From IMG/VR virus record IMGVR_UViG_2565956726_000008: a stretch of 64,000 bases of DNA; one strand, 5' to 3'. Source of the stretch: a virus (lineage: Duplodnaviria > Heunggongvirae > Uroviricota > Caudoviricetes). Shown here piece after piece: positions 19,139-28,867 of the stretch. Positions within the stretch are counted from its first letter, which is position 1, and each line of letters starts with the position of its first letter. The position numbers and the translations under genes are program-made. Below the pieces are notes generated by a model that saw nothing but the letters and a program-made list of their open reading frames with translations, was not told the DNA's origin and did no database searches.

Positions 19139-19384
19139 TTATTTTTTACACCCATCATTTACACCAGAAAAATGGATAGGTAAATTACATTCACTGTCAA
19201 TAATTTTACCTTGTAGTTGTTTTTCTTTCCATGAGTCAGTATTGAAATAACTCGAACGTTGGTTATCAAGGCCAGTATCACCATATTGAGCAGTGCCAGC
19301 ATCACTCTTATCTGTCGAATTTACAGAAGCAAAAGCACCAAAAGACAGAGCTGATAAGATGCAAGCAACAATTAGTTTTTTCAT
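19139..19384 (-). CDS. small secreted protein (signal peptide, two Cys), cargo at lom-equivalent position
   Basis: 81 aa from MKKLIVACILSALSFGAFA; AT-rich; between J and tail fibre. Confidence 0.5.
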   Translation of the reverse strand: MKKLIVACILSALSFGAFASVNSTDKSDAGTAQYGDTGLDNQRSSYFNTDSWKEKQLQGKIIDSECNLPIHFSGVNDGCKK

Positions 19385-19581
19385 TGTATTCACCTTACTG
19401 TTTGTTTTACTGTCATTTGTTGTTCGTGATGATCCACCCATCCGATGAGCAAATCACCGCAGAAGCTATCATTTCGTATGTTGATATAGATCAAAAAATA
19501 CACTATGTATAAGCCCAAAGTGTAACACAGATCACAAAATGGTAGAATTGTTTAGTTAATTAACAAAACGGAGTTATTGCG

Positions 19582-21378
19582 ATGATTTACACAACAGGCA
19601 CTATAGCTGTTAGCGGAAACACAGTTACCGGGGCAGGGACTGAATTCAACGCCGCATTATCTCTGATCAGAGTGGGTTGCACTCTTATTGCCATTAGCGA
19701 TCCGGTGCAGATTTTTTCAATCACAAAGGTAAAAAGCGCAACAAGTTTGTCGGTAACTCCTGCGGCAAGTCCGGCTATTCCGGCTGGAACTAAATTTAGC
19801 ATCCTGCTTTCAGATTCGATCTCTGTGGATGGTCTTGCTCAGGATGTTGCCGAAACACTGCGTTACTACCAGGGCAAAGAATCAGAAATAGCTGACGCTG
19901 TGGAGTTTTTCAGCGACAACAAAGATGTGATTTCAGCATCAAAATTAGCATTAGCATCAGCTACCACTGCAACCAATGCGGCAACAACAGCGACAAGCGC
20001 CGCCGATTCAGCCAAGACATACAGAGACGAAGCCCACGAATACGCCAATCAGACCGCACAGCCTTACGCGTATGTTTTGCAACCGCTGCCGGACGTATGG
20101 ATACCGTTTAACGATTCTCTCGATATGATCACGGGCTACGGCCCTGGTACTAAAAAAGTAACCATTAATGGGGAAGAAAAAACAATATCATCAGATAAAG
20201 TTGTTTCTTTCTCACGCGCAAGCACTGCTACTTACATTAACAAATCAGGTGTTTTAACTGTGGCTGGTATTAATGAGCCACGTTTTGAACGCGAAGGATT
20301 ACTGATTGAGGGGACGCGCACAAACCTGTTAATAAACAGTACAGACCCTTCGAAGTGGAATAAGTCAACTTCACTGGACGTTACAGAAACAGGCACAGAT
20401 AGTTTTGGGTTTAATTATGGCCGGTTTGTCGTACAGGATTCGATTGTTGGTACAAGTAAAGCGCATACCATTATCGGACTGTATTCGAGTGCCGGAGGGG
20501 TTGATACTTCAGGGGACGAAAAGCATGTAACTATATCCTGTCGGGTAAAAAGTGAAGTTGATAATATCGCCGTTCGTATTTTATTTGAACATTATGATGG
20601 GGAGGTAAGGACATCAATAGGAGCAGCAAACCTGAACCTTACCACCCGCATAATTAGCAAGACAGGTCAGACAAGCCGTGTTACAGCAAGGTCTGTTAAG
20701 GATGATGCAACTGGCTGGATATTTTTTGAGGCTACATTAAAAGCAGATACAACAGAAAATACGGTTGGTGGTTTCGTCCAGTATTCTCCGGATACAGGTC
20801 AGATGGTGGCATCAGGGGATTGTCTCGATGTAACCACTCCACAGATTGAGGCTGGTGCAGGCGCATCATCTTTTATTGTTACGGGGTCGGCACCAGCAAC
20901 GCGGGCAAGCGATATGGTGACAGTCCCAATCAAGAATAACCTTTATAATCTTCCTTTTACGGTTCTTTGTGAGGTACATAAGAACTGGTATAAAACGCCA
21001 AATGCAGCGCCGCGTGTTTTTGATACCGGCGGTCATCAAACCGGAGCGGCGATCGTAATGGGGTTTGGTTCATCAGGTGGGTACGACGGTTTTCCGTATT
21101 GTGATATAGGTGGTTCAAACCGACGAATAAATGAAAATGCCGGGCTGGAAAAAATACTTATTGGTATGCGGGTAAAGTCCGAACGGTCCACATGTGTAGT
21201 CAGTAACGGTAAGTTAAGCAGCGAAACAAAAACAACCTGGACTTATATTCAAAGCTCCGCAACTATTCGTATCGGTGGTCAGACAACGACAGGACAACGT
21301 CATTTATTTGGTCATGTTAGAAATTTTCGAGTATGGCATAAGGCATTAACTGATGCGCAATTAAGCGAAATTGTTTAA
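19582..21378 (+). CDS. tail fibre protein (prophage A)
   Basis: 598 aa, Ser/Thr/Ala-rich fibrous N-terminal part, position after J. Confidence 0.65.
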   Translation: MIYTTGTIAVSGNTVTGAGTEFNAALSLIRVGCTLIAISDPVQIFSITKVKSATSLSVTPAASPAIPAGTKFSILLSDSISVDGLAQDVAETLRYYQGKESEIADAVEFFSDNKDVISASKLALASATTATNAATTATSAADSAKTYRDEAHEYANQTAQPYAYVLQPLPDVWIPFNDSLDMITGYGPGTKKVTINGEEKTISSDKVVSFSRASTATYINKSGVLTVAGINEPRFEREGLLIEGTRTNLLINSTDPSKWNKSTSLDVTETGTDSFGFNYGRFVVQDSIVGTSKAHTIIGLYSSAGGVDTSGDEKHVTISCRVKSEVDNIAVRILFEHYDGEVRTSIGAANLNLTTRIISKTGQTSRVTARSVKDDATGWIFFEATLKADTTENTVGGFVQYSPDTGQMVASGDCLDVTTPQIEAGAGASSFIVTGSAPATRASDMVTVPIKNNLYNLPFTVLCEVHKNWYKTPNAAPRVFDTGGHQTGAAIVMGFGSSGGYDGFPYCDIGGSNRRINENAGLEKILIGMRVKSERSTCVVSNGKLSSETKTTWTYIQSSATIRIGGQTTTGQRHLFGHVRNFRVWHKALTDAQLSEIV

Positions 21379-21388
21379 GGTGGTTAAC

Positions 21389-21655
21389 ATGAAAGACGTT
21401 AGCTTGCAATTTACTGACAAACAGCAATACAACGACATTGTGATTAATAGCGGCTGGCTGGATGCCAATTGGTCAACCGTGTTTATTGATGATATCGGTT
21501 TTGTCCTTGTATTCGACGATCCAGAAAGCGAGACACCTGTACTTATTGGGAAAAAAGGTTATTACGTCAACGTGCGTATAACTGGTGACGATGTTGATAT
21601 TTCTCAGCTTGAGCCTTTCATCGTTCCAGATCCAGGCGTCCGCGCATGGGCTTAA
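21389..21655 (+). CDS. small protein downstream of tail fibre (possible fibre assembly/accessory protein)
   Basis: 89 aa from ATG MKDVSLQF with GGTGG RBS; overlaps tail-fibre stop region. Confidence 0.3.
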   Translation: MKDVSLQFTDKQQYNDIVINSGWLDANWSTVFIDDIGFVLVFDDPESETPVLIGKKGYYVNVRITGDDVDISQLEPFIVPDPGVRAWA

Positions 21656-21697
21656 TGATGCGGCAGTGATAGCATGGTGATGTTGAAAGCATCGCCG

Positions 21698-21727
21698 AGA
21701 AACGAGGCTAACGCCTCGTTTCTTTTT
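21698..21727 (+). terminator. intrinsic terminator at end of prophage A tail operon
   Basis: Hairpin aacgaggc-taac-gcctcgtt followed by TCTTTTTGTG. Confidence 0.5.
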
Positions 21728-22102
21728 GTGTACCAAATAGTGACCAAATATCAAAAACTAAAATCAAAAACAACATAACATTATGTTTTATAAATGATTA
21801 TTCGTTACACTAATCATTCCAGACAGGACTGGTGAGTAAGTCCAGGGTATTGAAGTTGTGCGTAATCATTGAGATCCCGTTATTTTTATCAATTTTTGTT
21901 GCTATCCGATCGCAAAAAAGCCACGTCATATGATCAGATAATTCTGATAATGATAGACGCTATTTAACACTTCACACGGTTTGTATATGGAAAAGCATTT
22001 TGCTTTTTGTATTCAATTTAGACAGAATTTTATTAATCATTTCAGGGTAATGGGGTGATGAGATGTTGCGTAACAGGGCCAGAAGGCTAGACTACAAAAT
22101 AA

Positions 22103-23107
<1,005 letters not shown>

Positions 23108-23153
23108 CAAAAGCAATTTTTCCGGCTATCTGTATACAAAAACGCCGCAAAGT

Positions 23154-23167
23154 TTGAGCGAAGTCAA
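23154..23167 (+). promoter_or_regulatory. FNR box TTGAGCGAAGTCAA centred about -42 from FnrS start
   Basis: Matches TTGAT-N4-ATCAA consensus; class II spacing to the sRNA 5' end. Confidence 0.5.
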
Positions 23168-23202
23168 TAAACTCTCTACCCATTCAGGGCAATATCTCTC
23201 TT

Positions 23203-23324
23203 GCAGGTGAATGCAACGTCAAGCGATGGGCGTTGCGCTCCATATTGTCTTACTTCCTTTTTTGAATTACTGCATAGCACAATTGATTCGTACGACGCCG
23301 ACTTTGATGAGTCGGCTTTTTTTT
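23203..23324 (+). ncRNA. fnrS: FnrS small RNA
   Basis: Sequence GCAGGTGAATGCAACGTCAAGCGATGGG...GCCGACTTTGATGAGTCGGCTTTTTTTT matches FnrS as recalled; zntB-dbpA intergenic location; terminal hairpin plus U-run. Confidence 0.75.
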
Positions 23325-23381
23325 GCCTGTTATTTATCAGCGTCTACCCTTTAAGAGTCCACCCAATGACCGGAGGGAAAT

Positions 23382-23555
23382 ATGACGACACTTATTTATT
23401 TGCAAATTCCTGTCCCTGAACCGATTCCTGGCGATCCTGTTCCAGTGCCCGATCCGATCCCTCGCCCGCAACCCATGCCTGACCCACCACCCGATGAAGA
23501 ACCGATTAAATTGTCGCATCGTGAGCGTAGATCTGCGAGGATACGCGCCTGCTAA
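23382..23555 (+). CDS. proline-rich small protein (57 aa), putative
   Basis: ATG with GGAGGG RBS; PxP-repeat sequence; below the ORF-track size cut-off. Confidence 0.3.
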   Translation: MTTLIYLQIPVPEPIPGDPVPVPDPIPRPQPMPDPPPDEEPIKLSHRERRSARIRAC

Positions 23556-23584
23556 CTTTGCGTCGATGACCACGAGAATAGATT

Positions 23585-24958
23585 GTGACCGCTTTTTCTA
23601 CCCTGAATGTTTTGCCTCCCGCCCAACTCACGAACCTTAATGAGTTGGGTTATTTAACCATGACGCCGGTGCAGGCCGCCGCGCTTCCGGCGATCCTTGC
23701 CGGAAAAGATGTTCGCGTGCAGGCGAAAACCGGCAGCGGCAAAACGGCGGCTTTTGGCCTCGGCTTGTTACAGCAAATTGATGCGTCGCTATTTCAAACC
23801 CAGGCTTTAGTGCTGTGTCCTACGCGTGAACTGGCGGATCAGGTGGCAGGTGAATTGCGTCGGCTGGCGCGTTTTCTACCAAATACCAAAATTTTGACGT
23901 TGTGCGGTGGTCAACCGTTCGGTATGCAGCGTGATTCGTTGCAACATGCGCCGCATATTATCGTGGCAACGCCGGGCCGTTTGTTGGATCATCTGCAAAA
24001 AGGCACGGTATCACTGGATGCGTTGAATACGCTGGTGATGGATGAGGCCGACCGCATGCTGGATATGGGATTTAGCGACGCCATTGATGATGTCATCCGT
24101 TTTGCGCCAGCATCTCGACAGACGCTTCTGTTTTCGGCAACCTGGCCGGAAGCCATCGCCGCAATCAGCGGACGAGTGCAACGCGATCCTTTAGCGATTG
24201 AAATTGACTCAACAGATGCTCTGCCACCTATTGAACAACAATTTTATGAGACATCCAGCAAAGGCAAAATTCCGTTGTTGCAACGGTTATTAAGTTTACA
24301 TCAGCCATCCTCTTGCGTGGTGTTTTGCAATACCAAAAAAGATTGCCAGGCTGTCTGCGACGCGCTGAATGAAGTAGGGCAAAGTGCATTGTCGTTACAC
24401 GGCGATCTGGAGCAACGTGATCGCGATCAGACCCTGGTACGTTTTGCTAACGGTAGCGCCCGTGTACTGGTTGCGACTGATGTTGCTGCGCGAGGTCTGG
24501 ATATTAAATCGCTTGAGCTGGTGGTGAACTTTGAGCTGGCGTGGGATCCTGAAGTTCATGTACATCGCATCGGTCGTACAGCGCGTGCAGGAAATAGCGG
24601 TCTGGCGATCAGTTTCTGTGCCCCGGAAGAAGCACAGCGGGCCAATATCATTTCTGACATGTTGCAGATAAAACTTAACTGGCAAACGCCGCCAGTTAAT
24701 AGTTCCATTGTGCCGCTGGAAGCCGAAATGGCAACGTTATGTATCGATGGCGGGAAAAAAGCCAAAATGCGCCCGGGTGATGTATTAGGTGCGCTGACAG
24801 GAGATATCGGGCTTGATGGCGCAGATATTGGCAAAATCGCCGTGCATCCGGCGCATGTCTATGTCGCGGTGCGTCAGGCTGTTGCTCATAAAGCATGGAA
24901 ACAGTTACAGGGCGGGAAGATTAAAGGAAAAACGTGCCGGGTGCGGTTATTAAAATAA
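23585..24958 (+). CDS. dbpA: ATP-dependent RNA helicase DbpA
   Basis: 457 aa; DEAD-box motifs (AKTGSGKT, DEAD, SAT, HRIGRTAR); matches E. coli DbpA. Confidence 0.9.
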   Translation: MTAFSTLNVLPPAQLTNLNELGYLTMTPVQAAALPAILAGKDVRVQAKTGSGKTAAFGLGLLQQIDASLFQTQALVLCPTRELADQVAGELRRLARFLPNTKILTLCGGQPFGMQRDSLQHAPHIIVATPGRLLDHLQKGTVSLDALNTLVMDEADRMLDMGFSDAIDDVIRFAPASRQTLLFSATWPEAIAAISGRVQRDPLAIEIDSTDALPPIEQQFYETSSKGKIPLLQRLLSLHQPSSCVVFCNTKKDCQAVCDALNEVGQSALSLHGDLEQRDRDQTLVRFANGSARVLVATDVAARGLDIKSLELVVNFELAWDPEVHVHRIGRTARAGNSGLAISFCAPEEAQRANIISDMLQIKLNWQTPPVNSSIVPLEAEMATLCIDGGKKAKMRPGDVLGALTGDIGLDGADIGKIAVHPAHVYVAVRQAVAHKAWKQLQGGKIKGKTCRVRLLK

Positions 24959-25004
24959 TGAAATGTTGAATCGCAGGGTGCAAGAGTAAACATCTTATTC
25001 GGGA

Positions 25005-25085
25005 TTGCCGGATGCGACGCTGGCCGCGTCTTATCCGGCCTCCATAAGAGTAGCCCGATAAGCTTGCGCATCGGGCGCTATCCGG
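25005..25085. repeat. REP / BIME-type extragenic palindromes
   Basis: Two GCCGGATG...TTATCCGGCC-type imperfect palindromes between convergent dbpA and ttcA. Confidence 0.5.
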
Positions 25086-25086
25086 G

Positions 25087-26022
25087 TTATTTCACTTCAA
25101 CCACATTCAGTCGTAACTCATCCAACTGATTTTCATCTTCTTCAGGCTGCCAACCCGCCGGTTGTAGAGGGAGCTCTTCGCGATCAAACGCCAGATCACC
25201 CCCGTTAACCACTTCAGAACCGTGGGTAATGCCTTTGAAATCGAACAGGTTGGTATCGCACAGATGCGACGGCACCACATTCTGCATCGCGCTGAACATC
25301 GTCTCGATACGCCCTGGATAACGTTTATCCCAGTCACGCAACATGTCAGCAATCACCTGACGTTGCAGGTTAGGCTGTGAACCGCACAGATTGCACGGAA
25401 TAATCGGGAATGCTTTTGCATCGGCAAAGCGCTGAATATCTTTCTCGCGGCAGTAGGCCAGCGGACGAATCACAATATGTTTGCCATCATCGCTCATCAG
25501 TTTCGGAGGCATACCTTTCATCTTGCCGCCGTAGAACATATTTAAGAACAACGTTTGCAGGATATCGTCACGATGGTGACCCAGCGCGATCTTCGTCGCT
25601 CCCAGTTCCGTTGCGGTACGGTAAAGAATTCCGCGACGAAGACGAGAACACAGTGAGCAAGTGGTTTTGCCCTCCGGAATCTTCTCTTTCACGATACCGT
25701 AAGTGTTCTCTTCCACAATCTTGTACTCAACGCCCAGCTTTTCAAGATACTCGGGCAGAACGTGTTCCGGGAAGCCCGGTTGTTTTTGATCGAGGTTGAC
25801 AGCCACCAGCGAAAAATTGATTGGCGCGCTTTGCTGCAAATTGCGCAGAATTTCCAGCATGGTATAGCTGTCTTTACCCCCGGAGAGGCAAACCATGATG
25901 CGATCGCCTTCTTCAATCATATTGAAGTCAGCAATGGCTTCGCCCACGTTACGACGCAGACGTTTTTGTAATTTGTTCAGGTTGTATTGTTCTTTCTTTG
26001 TAATTTGTTGATTTTCTTGCAT
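25087..26022 (-). CDS. ttcA: tRNA 2-thiocytidine biosynthesis protein TtcA
   Basis: 311 aa; PP-loop SGGKDS and CxxC motifs; matches E. coli TtcA. Confidence 0.9.
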   Translation of the reverse strand: MQENQQITKKEQYNLNKLQKRLRRNVGEAIADFNMIEEGDRIMVCLSGGKDSYTMLEILRNLQQSAPINFSLVAVNLDQKQPGFPEHVLPEYLEKLGVEYKIVEENTYGIVKEKIPEGKTTCSLCSRLRRGILYRTATELGATKIALGHHRDDILQTLFLNMFYGGKMKGMPPKLMSDDGKHIVIRPLAYCREKDIQRFADAKAFPIIPCNLCGSQPNLQRQVIADMLRDWDKRYPGRIETMFSAMQNVVPSHLCDTNLFDFKGITHGSEVVNGGDLAFDREELPLQPAGWQPEEDENQLDELRLNVVEVK

Positions 26023-26073
26023 TATTTCAGTTCTCTGGTACTAAATGGGGCAAATTGGGGGCAAACTTTGCAA

Positions 26074-27309
26074 CTACGATAACCGCGCATTCAACATGGC
26101 TATCTGTTCGTCGTTCATGTCATCAATCCACATACCGTAAATTTCATACACCATCTGCGCAGTTTCATGCCCCATTTGGCTGGCTATAAATGCCGGGTTC
26201 GCTCCTGCCGTCAACAGCCAGCAGGCAAAAGTATGCCGCGTATGGTACGGATTACGGCGGCGAATACCAGCACGTTTTACTGCTGCATTCCACCTTGCCC
26301 CCAAACTGCTTACCGAGTAATAAGGTTTTTGTTTTCCGTTACACACCCTGGGCATGAAAACAAAATGCAGTTTTTGCTTTTCGGTTCTGCCGTACTCCCG
26401 ATGATAAAAGGTGATTTCGCTTTTGCGATGATGCCCGGTCAGTTTGTATTGCTCCTTCAGTGCTTCAAGAGCAGGCTGCAGTAGTGTTACTGTTCGGATC
26501 CCGGCATTTGTTTTTGGGGGACCGAACATATCAAGTATCGTCAGGTTTCTTCTGACATTCACTATTCCCTTTTCGAGATCCACATCCTCCCACGCCAGAG
26601 CTGCCAGTTCCCCGTGACGAAGTCCTGAGTAAACGGCAAATTTCCACAAGTTCTGGCTCTGTCCTTTTTCACTTTCCATTAATGCATTGAATTCTGTTTT
26701 AGATAACGGATCAGGCTTTATTCTGTTTCGCTGTAATTTTTTTACTCCTTCAAATGGTTTGGTTGATATAAATCCCGACTGATACGCAAAACGCAACAGC
26801 GAACAGAGCAGGGCGATATAGTTATCAACTGTGCGCACGGTTCTTCCTTTTTTGTTGGATCTTGGATTATCCAGGTAAAGCGTTTCTCCATGCAGCAGTT
26901 CATTCCGGTAGTTTAAGATATCGCTATAACGAATATGTGATATCGGGGTACTTTCACAAATTATTATTCTGAGTGTTTTTAATTGTGATTTCGTTTTCTT
27001 CATTGTGTTTGTTGTTAACTCTGTCTCTTTAATTTTTGTCCAGATATCACAAAGCTCTCCGAACGTTTTTATGACTCTCGTTGTCACCATTTTTGCCCCA
27101 GTGCTGGACTGGGGAAAACGTCTTAAATACTCAAATTCACCGGAGTTTATTTCATGAACTATCAGCGCTCTTAAATTTCCGGCCTTTTTAATATTACTGT
27201 TTGTAATCTCCCAGCCTTTTAATGTTTCCCGACATCGTTTTCCTCGAAACATGAACCAGATGCGAATGTATCTACCTCTAATCTCGACACCTGTTGGTAA
27301 TTTAGACAT
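26074..27309 (-). CDS. intR: Rac prophage tyrosine integrase
   Basis: 411 aa; C-terminal R...HxxR...Y catalytic region; adjacent to ttcA as in K-12 Rac. Confidence 0.9.
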   Translation of the reverse strand: MSKLPTGVEIRGRYIRIWFMFRGKRCRETLKGWEITNSNIKKAGNLRALIVHEINSGEFEYLRRFPQSSTGAKMVTTRVIKTFGELCDIWTKIKETELTTNTMKKTKSQLKTLRIIICESTPISHIRYSDILNYRNELLHGETLYLDNPRSNKKGRTVRTVDNYIALLCSLLRFAYQSGFISTKPFEGVKKLQRNRIKPDPLSKTEFNALMESEKGQSQNLWKFAVYSGLRHGELAALAWEDVDLEKGIVNVRRNLTILDMFGPPKTNAGIRTVTLLQPALEALKEQYKLTGHHRKSEITFYHREYGRTEKQKLHFVFMPRVCNGKQKPYYSVSSLGARWNAAVKRAGIRRRNPYHTRHTFACWLLTAGANPAFIASQMGHETAQMVYEIYGMWIDDMNDEQIAMLNARLS

Positions 27310-27310
27310 A

Positions 27311-27526
27311 TCATGAGTCTTTGATAAACTGATTTATCTTTGGATAGTTGTACCAGATAATCCCTCGTTTGCTGTCTGGCTTACCTAAAGGAGATACTCG
27401 TTTGAAGTGGAAGCCCTCCACCCAACAGTTCTGGCGGTATGCTTCAATTTGTCTGGCCCCCAGACCAGTGCGAAGCATCAGGCCGTATTCAACCATCCAC
27501 TCTTCATTAAAGATTACTTGTGCCAT
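27311..27526 (-). CDS. xisR: Rac excisionase
   Basis: 71 aa from [10 protein letters not shown]; immediately upstream of intR. Confidence 0.7.
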   Translation of the reverse strand: MAQVIFNEEWMVEYGLMLRTGLGARQIEAYRQNCWVEGFHFKRVSPLGKPDSKRGIIWYNYPKINQFIKDS

Positions 27527-27604
27527 CGCATCACCTCTGGCAGGCGCCAATGTTAGACTGAAATTGACGCCCGATGTTGATTATTAATAATCAGCTATGA
27601 AGTT

Positions 27605-27886
27605 TTAATTTGAATACAATGCAATTCTCGAGGACTGAAGTTTCTCGCAATTAAAATTTATCAGTTTTACTTTCTGCTCTCTGGAAACGCCTGCTTCTTT
27701 TTTACCTGAGAGCATTTTTTCGCATTCTGATTTCGTTAGTTTAGATTTTGAATATCTTGTCCAGTTAGTAGGAGTGCCACCTTCCTTTTCAATAGTGGCG
27801 GTAATTTTATACATGAACACCTCCATTATTATTTCCAGTGGTTCGTTTATTCCATCTTTCGAGTGCTTCTTTTTCACTTCCACCAT
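27605..27886 (-). CDS. ydaC: Rac small protein YdaC-like
   Basis: ORF overlapping ralR 3' region; gene order as in Rac; true start may be an internal ATG. Confidence 0.5.
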   Translation of the reverse strand: MVEVKKKHSKDGINEPLEIIMEVFMYKITATIEKEGGTPTNWTRYSKSKLTKSECEKMLSGKKEAGVSREQKVKLINFNCEKLQSSRIALYSN

Positions 27887-28001
27887 AACCGGTTCGGGAT
27901 TCGCATCCGTTACACTTCGCTCGGTAATATCCTGAAATGGCTTTCACCGTTACTGATGGACAACCACAAAATGGACATGGTTTAACATTGTCATATCTCA
28001 T
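27807..28001 (-). CDS. ralR: RalR/Lar restriction-alleviation protein (type I toxin, nonspecific DNase)
   Basis: 64 aa from MRYDNVKPCPFCGCPS with two CxxC pairs. Confidence 0.8.
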   Translation of the reverse strand: MRYDNVKPCPFCGCPSVTVKAISGYYRAKCNGCESRTGYGGSEKEALERWNKRTTGNNNGGVHV

Positions 28002-28057
28002 AATTTTTCTCATAAAAAATATTTCAAGTTGGCGGTGCATTACACCGCCAGGCTGAA

Positions 28058-28867
28058 TTATTCCTCTGAATTATCGATTACACTGTATTCCCCGGTTAAT
28101 ACAGAGGAATCTGCAGGATCGATTGTCAGTGGTTCCTTTTCATCCATTGATACTGCACGCTGGATCTCAATTGATACGGGCAGATATTTGAACAGGCGAC
28201 GAATAGCCGTTTTCTTTGCCATTTCTTCCCAGTGAGTTACCCACGGCCCGTTATTACCAGCTTTACTCAGGCTGCGCACCAGCTCAATCTGTTTGCGCGT
28301 CATAACTTCAAACTGAGTACCTCCGTCTTTCAGTCTTGCGACAGCATAGACGTGGGTAACCGGGGCATCTTCGTTTTCTCCCGGGCGGTGTATTAACTTT
28401 TCATCAAGGCCAAATTCGAAGCTAAACTCGTCACCTTCACGGACAACACGGGCTGACAGGCTGGCGATTTGACCAGAACGGCGAGCCAGATCAATCATGC
28501 CGCGATAGCCAATGATTAGCTGAACGTTCTTTTTACCGCTCTTTTCGTTTTTATTACCAAAAGGCAGTAAATATGCATGACCGAGGGCGCTACCTGGCTC
28601 AAGTCCGAGCTGTGAACACTGTACGATCGCACTGACAAAACTCATAGTGTCACAGTTTCCTAACGCCGGAACTTTACGAATTTCTGTAGTGGCGATACGG
28701 ATCATACGTTCAGCCGTCATATGGCGTGGAAGAGCTGCTGCCAGTTGCTCTTTCATTGATGGCTGGTTAATAAAACTAATCACGTCGCTATTTTTAACTG
28801 CTGCTGGTGCACGGTTTCCCTGAGTTTTTTGCAGATCGGCTTTTGCGATTGGTGGTTGCTTAGTCAT
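28058..28867 (-). CDS. recT: recombinase RecT (single-strand annealing protein)
   Basis: 269 aa from MTKQPPIAK; overlaps the recE stop by 8 nt. Confidence 0.9.
   Translation of the reverse strand: MTKQPPIAKADLQKTQGNRAPAAVKNSDVISFINQPSMKEQLAAALPRHMTAERMIRIATTEIRKVPALGNCDTMSFVSAIVQCSQLGLEPGSALGHAYLLPFGNKNEKSGKKNVQLIIGYRGMIDLARRSGQIASLSARVVREGDEFSFEFGLDEKLIHRPGENEDAPVTHVYAVARLKDGGTQFEVMTRKQIELVRSLSKAGNNGPWVTHWEEMAKKTAIRRLFKYLPVSIEIQRAVSMDEKEPLTIDPADSSVLTGEYSVIDNSEE

Noticed and set aside
23201-23419. 72-aa ORF on plus strand in zntB-dbpA intergenic region
   Set aside because: Reads straight through the FnrS sRNA and its terminator; product is low-complexity and starts at TTG.
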